From: a virus
Lineage: Duplodnaviria > Caudoviricetes
Strand: one strand, 5' to 3'
IMG/VR virus record: IMGVR_UViG_3300027804_000205
Location: 1-25,751 of that record
DNA: 25,751 nucleotides
Shown: piece after piece, positions 15,696 through 23,350 of the stretch
How the letters are laid out: the number at the start of each line of letters is the position of its first letter
Numbering within the stretch: position 1 is the first letter of the stretch
Made by a program: the position numbers and the translations under genes
Notes under the pieces: generated by a model
Seen by the model: only the letters and a program-made list of their open reading frames with translations
Told to the model about the DNA's origin: nothing
The model's database searches: none

Positions 15696-16316
15696 ATGGC
15701 CCATCTCAAAGATATGTTTAAGCCCACGCAGGAGCCTACTCACGTCGATGTGCATGGGCGAGTTTCTGCTGGCGCTGGAGACCCAAGAACGGTCATCAAC
15801 AAAGCAAAGATGAACGAGGCAAATGCCGCGTGGCACGATCTTTACGACGAAAAAGAGCAGCGCAACAGATATTCAGCAAGTTCCCCGCACATTGCGGAGC
15901 CTTACTCTCCTCTTGAGATTTTGGTTTTTCAGGCGCTGCGCCGCTACGGCGACATGCACCCCGGAACTGTCGACGGTGAAGTCATGATGATGTTTACCGA
16001 ATTCGGCAACCTCGTGATAGAAGACCTTCGCGCCCACCCATACTGGGAGGGCGTTGACATTGACTACTACACTCACCCCTCGGAAATCCGGCCTATTCCT
16101 GATCCAATCATGGTGACTGGCCTTCTTTACCACTACGCAATCCAGCAACAATCCAACAAGGTTGAGGCATACGGCCCCATGTATTTCAAAGGCATGAACC
16201 GCATATTGTTCAACCGCAAATACGGCAACGGCCCGATTGAGTTGTCTCCCGTAGACAGAGGTGCAGGCAACGAACCAACCGGCGCTGTCTCCTATGATGC
16301 GAGAAGGAATTACTGA
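15696..16316 (+). CDS. Probable head-tail adaptor (tail tubular protein A-like)
   Basis: AAGGAG RBS; about 200 aa and helical; sits before a nozzle-sized gene. Positional inference. Confidence 0.6.
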   Translation: MAHLKDMFKPTQEPTHVDVHGRVSAGAGDPRTVINKAKMNEANAAWHDLYDEKEQRNRYSASSPHIAEPYSPLEILVFQALRRYGDMHPGTVDGEVMMMFTEFGNLVIEDLRAHPYWEGVDIDYYTHPSEIRPIPDPIMVTGLLYHYAIQQQSNKVEAYGPMYFKGMNRILFNRKYGNGPIELSPVDRGAGNEPTGAVSYDARRNY

Positions 16317-17812
16317 TGTCGACGATTTACGCGCCATCCGGAGTCAAGGTCAAGGTATATCCTTACGAGGACTACCAAGGCATTGACTCGTCACGCGACA
16401 AAGGCGCGCTGGATACCGGTCAGAAGCAGCACATGATTTCCATTCTGAACGGTTTCGCAGATTGGCGCGGTGCTCTCGTGAGAGACCCGGGCGCAAGTCA
16501 AAGAACAGAAGGCAACCGACTCATCAAGCACGTCACGTTCTTTGGTCGCAATCTTTTAGCTTGGGCGCAAAAAGATGGTGGCGGCATGAGCCTCGTCTCA
16601 GAAAAAAATCACAAAGCAAACGAGGTGTACCCGCGCAACGCAGTCGTCACCACTGCGGTGTTTAACAACAAGCTCATGTTTTTCTCTCGCGACAACGCGA
16701 TGTATCAGTATGACGGCAGTGTCTTCGAGAAAATCAAAACAAAGAATAACGCTAGACCGGCATACGGTGTGGCTATTCAACGTCGTCTTGCAATTGCTGG
16801 CGCTCCTGACAAACGCACAATCATCGACATCAGCAGAGTCGATGCTGAAGACACCTTTACAGAAGACGAAGACGCTCGCTCCACTGACGTAACCAAGGCC
16901 GCAAAAATTGACGTTGCAAACATCATCGGAACCGCAGACGAGATTCGCGGTCTCGGCGTGTTTGAGAACAACCGCTTGGCTGTTTTCACGAACGACCAAA
17001 CGCTTGTTTATCAACTGCACCCAGACTACACGCTCTGGGCAATTGACGATAAGGCCAACGTCAAGGTCGGAACAATCAGCCACAACTCGATTGTCACGGC
17101 TGGATCAGACTTGATGTTCTGCTCAAGGGACGGCGTTCACTCGTTGCGTCGATCAGACACAAACGGCATCACAATCTTCTCGATTCCGATGTCGAACAAG
17201 ATCGACTCGCTCTATCGCAGCATGGTCAAGATGGTTCAAGACCCGGAGCAAATCTCCGCGTACTTCGACCAAGACGAAGGCCAGTATCACATCTTCTTCC
17301 CAATCTCAGACCTGCTGTGCAAGAGGCTCACGCTCACGCTGAACCCAATGCAGGGCGGCGAATCCAAGTGGTCTACCGGGGACTTCCTAAATGCCATGTG
17401 CGGTCGCCAGCTTGGCGGTGTCACGGTGTTTGGCACACCCGGCGGAATCTGGGAGCGCAAATACATTGAGGATCAGACGGCTGAATTCAGCCCGGAGATG
17501 ATCGTCACAACACCAATCTTGTGGCAGGGTGCGTTGAACGACATCAAGGAGTCGTTCTCATTCATCCTGCAAGCGACAGGCAAGGGCGAACTTCAGGTGG
17601 AGGCTTTTGACGAGCGCGGTCGCTATTTGACTTCGATGCAGTTCCTGATCGAAGACGGCGGCGCGGACGACAAATTCCCAGATGTTCCGTTATCACGTCA
17701 ATATGAGCGGAAGTTCGAGCATCGCTATCGCGGCGTTCAATTCCGCTTCACGACCCGTGGTAAGGGGCTGCTGAAGATCATTGGCTTTGCGGTCACGGTA
17801 AGAACTTCTTGA
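16316..17812 (+). CDS. Probable tail nozzle/hub (P22 gp10 / tubular protein B-like beta-propeller)
   Basis: 498 aa, beta-rich, with RDPG near the N-terminus, GTISHNSIV....LMF.SRDGV.SL, and a C-terminal RGVQFRF segment typical of such proteins. Confidence 0.75.
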   Translation: MSTIYAPSGVKVKVYPYEDYQGIDSSRDKGALDTGQKQHMISILNGFADWRGALVRDPGASQRTEGNRLIKHVTFFGRNLLAWAQKDGGGMSLVSEKNHKANEVYPRNAVVTTAVFNNKLMFFSRDNAMYQYDGSVFEKIKTKNNARPAYGVAIQRRLAIAGAPDKRTIIDISRVDAEDTFTEDEDARSTDVTKAAKIDVANIIGTADEIRGLGVFENNRLAVFTNDQTLVYQLHPDYTLWAIDDKANVKVGTISHNSIVTAGSDLMFCSRDGVHSLRRSDTNGITIFSIPMSNKIDSLYRSMVKMVQDPEQISAYFDQDEGQYHIFFPISDLLCKRLTLTLNPMQGGESKWSTGDFLNAMCGRQLGGVTVFGTPGGIWERKYIEDQTAEFSPEMIVTTPILWQGALNDIKESFSFILQATGKGELQVEAFDERGRYLTSMQFLIEDGGADDKFPDVPLSRQYERKFEHRYRGVQFRFTTRGKGLLKIIGFAVTVRTS

Positions 17813-17824
17813 AGGACTTAAAAA

Positions 17825-19666
17825 ATGGCTCGACTACGACAGCAACACCCTCAGAACTACGTTAACTCTGGAAACATCCACACGGATTTCGAGAACGTAA
17901 TTCGATACATCAATACCGCCGAACTTGGCAACAAGACGATTGCGGAACTACTTGCCATCTTGTTTGATGAGGCCGGTCAGTTCCGTGGCCCCATTGAGTT
18001 TCGAGTCGACACCGTCTCCGGCCTTCAATATCGTGTTGGTCAATATTCCAGCACGGAGTCGGGCTGGATCACGCTGTATGACATCGCGTCTCTGCGCGGC
18101 CCGTCTGGCTCGTCTGTTGGAAACGTCGAAGGCCCGTTCTTCTACAACCGACAAGACAAGCTGATCTCCACTGGGGTAGCCTCTATTGCCGTTGGAACAG
18201 CAGGCTCTGGCTACACAACTGCGCCTACGGTGTCCTTCTCCGCCCCTCAAGATGGAGATGGAACTCGTCCAACTGCGGTGGCAACAATCAACGGCTCCGG
18301 CGCTGTCACTGGAATCGCAATCCTGACTCAGGGTATTGGCTATACGCAAGCACCAATAGTCACGATTCAAGCGCCTCAAACCGCTGGCGGAGTGCAGGCA
18401 ACAGCAACCGCAACGCTTGCTGCCCTGACTTCTACATCTGACACCGTGTCTTATTCGTTCGATCCTAACGTGTCGAACATTGTTGTTTACCAAAACGGTC
18501 TGCTTTTGGTTGGTCAAACCAATACGAACTTGCCGTCTGAGTTCTCTTACGACACCACCGCCAACACAGTGACGCTGGAGAACGGCGTAAGCCTTGGCGA
18601 CAAGGTAACCATCTACTCGATCCGTTCTCAGGCTGTCACAAACTTCCGTCGTCAAGACACCGAAGTTCAGGGTTCTACCACCGTGATTCCTTTCGTTCAC
18701 ACAGAAGACGAAAAGATTTTGGTGTGGCGCAACGGTATTCTTCAGGAAGAAGGTGGCGCTGCTGACTACCTTGCTTCTGCGGCAGCCGACACTATCACGT
18801 TCCTCGACCCTGCGGGTCTGTCGTCCGGCGACAAAATCACCGTGCTCACCGTTGAGAACACCTCACTCAAGACGGTCGCTGGCCTCATGTTCGAGGACAA
18901 CTACACCAATGAAGAGGGATACATTCTTTGGAACAAGTTAGCGGTTGCTGCTGACGAAATTCCACAAGCAAAGGTCGCGTCCTTGGCAACCACGCTGGCT
19001 GCCAAAGCTAACATGGTCATCGCCTCCAGCACTCCTCAGAATGCTGCAACGTCAGACCTTTGGCTAGACACCTCTAAGACACCTGTTGTCTTGAAGTTCT
19101 ACGACGGCACTCAGTGGCTACAAACCTCTCCCGACTCGTCTTTGCCAACGTTCCTCCAATCAAACGCTGGTCAGTATGTTCGCGTGAACGGAACTGGCAC
19201 GGCGCTGGAATACGGCAACATTGACTTCTCTGCTGTCGTTCCCAAGACCTACATGGGCGCTGCAAACGGCGTGGCTACGCTTGGTTCAGGCGGCAAGATG
19301 CCAGTCAACCAGTTGCCAGATACCTTCGCAACCTACACGCTGGACTTCTTCTCTCCGCACGAAGACAGCGCAGCAACGGTCACGAACAAAACATACTTCC
19401 TTGGCGTGGTCTACAAGCAGAAGATTCGTATTGACGGCATCACAGCAAAGCTAGTGTCCGGCACTTGTACGATTCAATTGTCGGTAGACGGCTCCACAAT
19501 CGGAACAACGTTTGCGGTCACAAACTCTCGCCTGTCTCAGGACATGCCAACCGTTCTCGAGGTAGACGGCACAAATGCTGGTCGTCGTCTTGAGCTTGTC
19601 GTTACTTCGGCAACAAGCGCAAACACGCTGGAGGTTGGCGTCTCCGTTGCAACACTGAACATCTAA
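17825..19666 (+). CDS. Tail fibre/appendage protein (613 aa)
   Basis: [10 protein letters not shown] / [10 protein letters not shown] repeats, two V..NG.L.....T.T......GDK.T units, and [15 protein letters not shown] and GAANGVATL...GK.P..QLP fibre motifs. Confidence 0.8.
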   Translation: MARLRQQHPQNYVNSGNIHTDFENVIRYINTAELGNKTIAELLAILFDEAGQFRGPIEFRVDTVSGLQYRVGQYSSTESGWITLYDIASLRGPSGSSVGNVEGPFFYNRQDKLISTGVASIAVGTAGSGYTTAPTVSFSAPQDGDGTRPTAVATINGSGAVTGIAILTQGIGYTQAPIVTIQAPQTAGGVQATATATLAALTSTSDTVSYSFDPNVSNIVVYQNGLLLVGQTNTNLPSEFSYDTTANTVTLENGVSLGDKVTIYSIRSQAVTNFRRQDTEVQGSTTVIPFVHTEDEKILVWRNGILQEEGGAADYLASAAADTITFLDPAGLSSGDKITVLTVENTSLKTVAGLMFEDNYTNEEGYILWNKLAVAADEIPQAKVASLATTLAAKANMVIASSTPQNAATSDLWLDTSKTPVVLKFYDGTQWLQTSPDSSLPTFLQSNAGQYVRVNGTGTALEYGNIDFSAVVPKTYMGAANGVATLGSGGKMPVNQLPDTFATYTLDFFSPHEDSAATVTNKTYFLGVVYKQKIRIDGITAKLVSGTCTIQLSVDGSTIGTTFAVTNSRLSQDMPTVLEVDGTNAGRRLELVVTSATSANTLEVGVSVATLNI

Positions 19667-19676
19667 GGAGCGTTGA

Positions 19677-20795
19677 ATGGCATATCTACCTGACATACCC
19701 GGACAGAAGGAAATTGCATCCTTCCCTTGGCATGCTGTCAAGAATGATGTCATTGCCTCAAAAACTCAACCCGGTGACTTGGTCATTCCGAAGCAGGTTC
19801 TTGATTCAAACCCAGACATCGCCACGCTGGCACAAGCAGCCATCCTCCAAAAAGGTGGCCTCCCAAGCAACTACATTGCTGGCGACCCGAACGGCATGTA
19901 CAACCCATACACCGGAGAGCAACACTTCGGTTGGTTTGACAGCATTGTCCGCATTGCTGCGCCCATTGTGGGCTTTGCCATTGGCGGCCCAGCAGGCGCT
20001 GCCGCAGCTTCAGCGGTAGCCACCAAGGCCACCGGCGGCTCTTGGGAAGAAGCAGCACTAGCCGCAGGTACTTCATACATTGGTGCTTCAATGTCTGGCG
20101 GCACTACCGCTGCCGCAGGCGCGGATGCGGCAGCCGCAACAACAAATGCAGCCGCCACCGAGGCCGTCAAGCAGGGTGGCGTTGCCGCATACGGGGCAAA
20201 TGTCGCCGGAAGCGCCGCCACAAATGCCGCCGCCAGTACGGCATCTCAAACTCTTGGCTCCAAGTTGGCTGAGTGGGGAGCGGGAGAGGGGCTTTCCTCT
20301 ACATTGGCAAAGGGTGCAACCAGTGTCATCAATTGGCTGCCGGATGCGAGCGCCAAGGCTGTTATGGGTAACACCATGGGACAGCTTGGTAGCGTTGCTT
20401 TGAACACACAGCTTGCAAGCGGCATTGGCGCTCTTGCCATGAACATGGGCGCAGAGAAGGCTGCCGACCAATATGAGCAAGCCATGAAGAACTCTGTCAA
20501 TCTCCCCGGATCAGCAACTCCAAGGGCGCTACCGGGCGCAACAGCAATGAACTTCTTGCCATTCTCTGAGGCCATTAACAGCACATCTGCTGGCGGCGTA
20601 ATTGGTGGCGCTGCACCCTACGCGAGTGGCGCAAGCATCACTGGCATTCCGGGTGTCAACATGCTGAACGAGGTCAAGAACAGGGACACTGGTGCTGTCT
20701 CGTATCAGTCCACACCATACGACTCCGGCTCATTTGCAAACTCTTTGTCTCGCGGTCGTCGCACCGGGTGGGGACAAAACGTGGTCTACGCATAA
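19677..20795 (+). CDS. Putative internal virion/ejection protein (372 aa)
   Basis: TAAGGAG RBS. PGDLVIP...NPYTGEQHF followed by an amphipathic helix and Gly/Ala-rich hydrophobic segments. Confidence 0.65.
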   Translation: MAYLPDIPGQKEIASFPWHAVKNDVIASKTQPGDLVIPKQVLDSNPDIATLAQAAILQKGGLPSNYIAGDPNGMYNPYTGEQHFGWFDSIVRIAAPIVGFAIGGPAGAAAASAVATKATGGSWEEAALAAGTSYIGASMSGGTTAAAGADAAAATTNAAATEAVKQGGVAAYGANVAGSAATNAAASTASQTLGSKLAEWGAGEGLSSTLAKGATSVINWLPDASAKAVMGNTMGQLGSVALNTQLASGIGALAMNMGAEKAADQYEQAMKNSVNLPGSATPRALPGATAMNFLPFSEAINSTSAGGVIGGAAPYASGASITGIPGVNMLNEVKNRDTGAVSYQSTPYDSGSFANSLSRGRRTGWGQNVVYA

Positions 20796-20804
20796 GGGTA
20801 AACC

Positions 20805-21254
20805 ATGAAAGTAAGGCCAGCAACTGAGACGGACATCGAAGCATGCCTTCGTCTTGCCGAACAGTTTTGGCATGAGAGCATTTACAAAATGGTCTCGTTT
20901 GACCCCGTTAAGTCGGTGGCCTACGGGAAGAACGTGATCGAAAATCCATGGACTCTGTTCTGGGTTGCCGAGGATGCGGGGGTGGTAATTGGATTCGTCA
21001 TCGCGCATTTGGAGAACCCCGCATTCAGCAACGACATCATGGGTGTTCACGACTTCTTGTTTGTCAACAAAGACGACCGTGGGCACATGGCTGGTATACA
21101 GTTGATGCGTGTCTACGATCATTGGGCAAAAGAAAACGGCGCTGTCATCGCAACCTTTGTTCCGTCGGGAATGGGGCTAGACCCAAGGTGGGAATCGTTT
21201 GCCAGCCATCTTGGATTTGAAAAAACCGGCCTCTACTTCAGAAAGGAATTTTGA
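20805..21254 (+). CDS. GNAT-family acetyltransferase-like protein
   Basis: MKVRPAT..D start, WVAED.G.VIGF, LFV....RG..AG..L (acetyl-CoA motif A), and LGFEK end. Confidence 0.88.
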   Translation: MKVRPATETDIEACLRLAEQFWHESIYKMVSFDPVKSVAYGKNVIENPWTLFWVAEDAGVVIGFVIAHLENPAFSNDIMGVHDFLFVNKDDRGHMAGIQLMRVYDHWAKENGAVIATFVPSGMGLDPRWESFASHLGFEKTGLYFRKEF

Positions 21255-21255
21255 T

Positions 21256-21714
21256 ATGTTTATCATGACCGATGCGCTTGCAGATGCAATTAGAAAAATG
21301 ACCGCTGGTACTGGCACTGCCCAGCCGCAAGAAGCTCCCCCTCCACAATCTGGTGGAATGTTTGGAATGATTGTTCCGCTCGTCATGCAAGTTCTAAAGC
21401 AGCAGGCTTTGCAGCAGAAACAATCGCAGGCAGCAGATCAAAAAATGGTTTTTTTGGACGACTCAAAGCCCTACATGAACCCAAACGTTCAGTCGGGGCC
21501 AGCGATTACGCCAATGGCAATGCAGATGCAAAACACAGCGCCAGTTCCATTCCAGCAGCCAGCGGCAATGGGTGGCGCGGGCAGGTCAGCAAGCTATCAA
21601 AACTCGTTTGCCCCATCCATGAACCCAGTGCAAAAGGGTGGCAACAGCACCTTTTCGTCCGGCTTTACAAACGAGCCTCAGTCTGGCTGGGGGTCAAAAG
21701 TTCTTTTAGGGTAG
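21256..21714 (+). CDS. Low-complexity Gln/Pro/Met-rich putative internal virion protein (152 aa)
   Basis: AAGGA RBS before ATG 21256; carries the shared C-terminal GWG motif. Confidence 0.65.
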   Translation: MFIMTDALADAIRKMTAGTGTAQPQEAPPPQSGGMFGMIVPLVMQVLKQQALQQKQSQAADQKMVFLDDSKPYMNPNVQSGPAITPMAMQMQNTAPVPFQQPAAMGGAGRSASYQNSFAPSMNPVQKGGNSTFSSGFTNEPQSGWGSKVLLG

Positions 21715-21720
21715 GACGAC
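21714..21720 (+). promoter_or_regulatory. GGACGAC intergenic motif, before the distal ejection-protein genes
   Basis: Overlaps the last base of the TAG stop; TATCGT lies 18 nt downstream. Confidence 0.55.
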
Positions 21721-21772
21721 CAAAAATCGTCTTAGTAGTATCGTTGAGACAATCTTGTAAAGGAGAACCATC

Positions 21773-22525
21773 ATGAGTCTAGGCGGAGGCGGAGGCGGAG
21801 GCGGATCACCCGCACCCTCACAACCAACCCAAACCAAGCCCTCTACACCACAGCCAGTGAGCACTCAGTTCCTTGGTGGGGGCGCTACAACCCCAACCAC
21901 ACAAACGGCACAGCCACTTGACTTCTTGCGTCAGGCCATGGCGGCAACACCAATGGCTCAAGCCCCTTCAATGGGCAGCTATTTGGACGATGCCAAGAAG
22001 AAAGAGCGCATGCCTGAGTTCATGGGCGGCACACGTCAGGTTGCTGGTCAAGGCCAAGCGCCGGGGATGATGGTCGACCGCCGTGCTGACTTGCGTTCCA
22101 TGGTGAGCGCGGATGTCGGCACAGCAGTTCCGTCAGCCGAAGGCTTGCCTCCTGCTACCTACGCTGTTGCACCGCAAAATTTTGCTGGCAACCCACCCGG
22201 CGGCGAAGGCTTTGGTCGTCGCGCCCTGATGGGAAGCGAGGGTCAGGTCGTCACTCAGGCTCTACCGGCAGACACAGTTCAGCAGACTGAGACACCATCC
22301 GTCTTGCCTGCTGGTGATGTGGCTCCCGTTGGTCAGCCGATAACCCCAAACCAAGCTGTTGCCCCGGATGTAAACTACGTTCTGTTGTCTCAGCAGGGGC
22401 AGCAAGGCGTTGGTTTTGTCCCCGGCTCGAAGTTGGCAATGCAAGTCGCGACAGGCCCGTTCTCTCGCTATCTGCAAAACCCGCGCATGGGCAGGGGCTT
22501 TGGCTCTCGCATGATGAGCGTCTAA
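21773..22525 (+). CDS. Low-complexity Gly/Pro/Gln-rich putative internal virion protein (250 aa)
   Basis: AAAGGAG RBS; N-terminal MSLG8 run; carries the shared C-terminal GFG motif. Confidence 0.7.
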   Translation: MSLGGGGGGGGSPAPSQPTQTKPSTPQPVSTQFLGGGATTPTTQTAQPLDFLRQAMAATPMAQAPSMGSYLDDAKKKERMPEFMGGTRQVAGQGQAPGMMVDRRADLRSMVSADVGTAVPSAEGLPPATYAVAPQNFAGNPPGGEGFGRRALMGSEGQVVTQALPADTVQQTETPSVLPAGDVAPVGQPITPNQAVAPDVNYVLLSQQGQQGVGFVPGSKLAMQVATGPFSRYLQNPRMGRGFGSRMMSV

Positions 22526-22537
22526 GGAGCACTTGAC

Positions 22538-23335
22538 ATGGCTATCGGCTCATTTCTTGGAAACGTAGGTAATAAGCTCATTGGCGGAGAAGCTGGTGGC
22601 TGGGCGCAGATGCTCGGTCAAGGCTTCGATGTCTTCCAAGCTGATGCAAACGCACGCCAAGCAGATGCAGAGCGCCAAGTTGCTTTAGCCAATCAAGCCA
22701 AGTATCTCGAATACATGATGCAGACCGATTCTCAGAATCGGGCTGACTACCTTGCACTTCGGGACAGGCTTCTTGAGGAGTCCTCAAACTTGAACGCCGC
22801 CATGCAGCAGGCGTACAACTATTTGGGGACTCCCTACAACGTCAATCCGTCTCAGATTCAAAAGGATTATCTGACGTTGCGCGAGCAAAATTTTGGCGAC
22901 ATCAACAAAGCTGTCAATCTGGTGTCTAGTCGCACATGGGCTGGCAACATTGCCAAAGGCATGGGCGAAAGCACGCTGAACAATGATCAGCAGACTGAGA
23001 TCGTTTCGAAGTTCATGCCTGAATTCCAGAAGGCTGATCAAGCTGCATACGATCAAGCTCTGCAACGTTCCGCGTCCATGCAAGACACAATCCAGAAAGG
23101 CAGAACGAATCTGCTCAACGAAGTTGGCACTGTATACGGCACGCAATTCAACGCAGAGAAAAACCTCTTGCCGCAGCAAAGCTCCGCGCTTGCTCAGAGC
23201 GTTAACCAAGGATACTCGGACTTGTCCAAGAGCTACACGACTGCATCTACCGATGCGAACAAGTATGCTGGCTGGACAACCGCAAGCCTTGATGAAAAGA
23301 TTGGTTCGATCTTGCGCCAGATGGCTGGCAAGTAA
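22538..23335 (+). CDS. Putative DNA ejection/pilot protein (265 aa)
   Basis: TAAGGAG RBS. Gly-rich amphipathic N-terminus (MAIGSFLGNVG..IGG..GGW) followed by Gln/Ala-rich helices. Confidence 0.65.
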   Translation: MAIGSFLGNVGNKLIGGEAGGWAQMLGQGFDVFQADANARQADAERQVALANQAKYLEYMMQTDSQNRADYLALRDRLLEESSNLNAAMQQAYNYLGTPYNVNPSQIQKDYLTLREQNFGDINKAVNLVSSRTWAGNIAKGMGESTLNNDQQTEIVSKFMPEFQKADQAAYDQALQRSASMQDTIQKGRTNLLNEVGTVYGTQFNAEKNLLPQQSSALAQSVNQGYSDLSKSYTTASTDANKYAGWTTASLDEKIGSILRQMAGK

Positions 23336-23350
23336 TTTCAGGGGAAGACG

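Noticed and set aside
6275-15952. GCTACGGC copies inside portal (~6276) and adaptor (~15943) genes
   Set aside because: They lack the paired outer stem and C.Y mismatch context and are explained by Arg-Tyr-Gly codons.
21441-21456. T7 run as a programmed frameshift site
   Set aside because: The zero-frame protein ends in the shared GWG motif, and I saw no supporting stimulatory structure.
21782-21805. (GGCGGA)4 repeat
   Set aside because: Simply encodes the N-terminal poly-Gly run.
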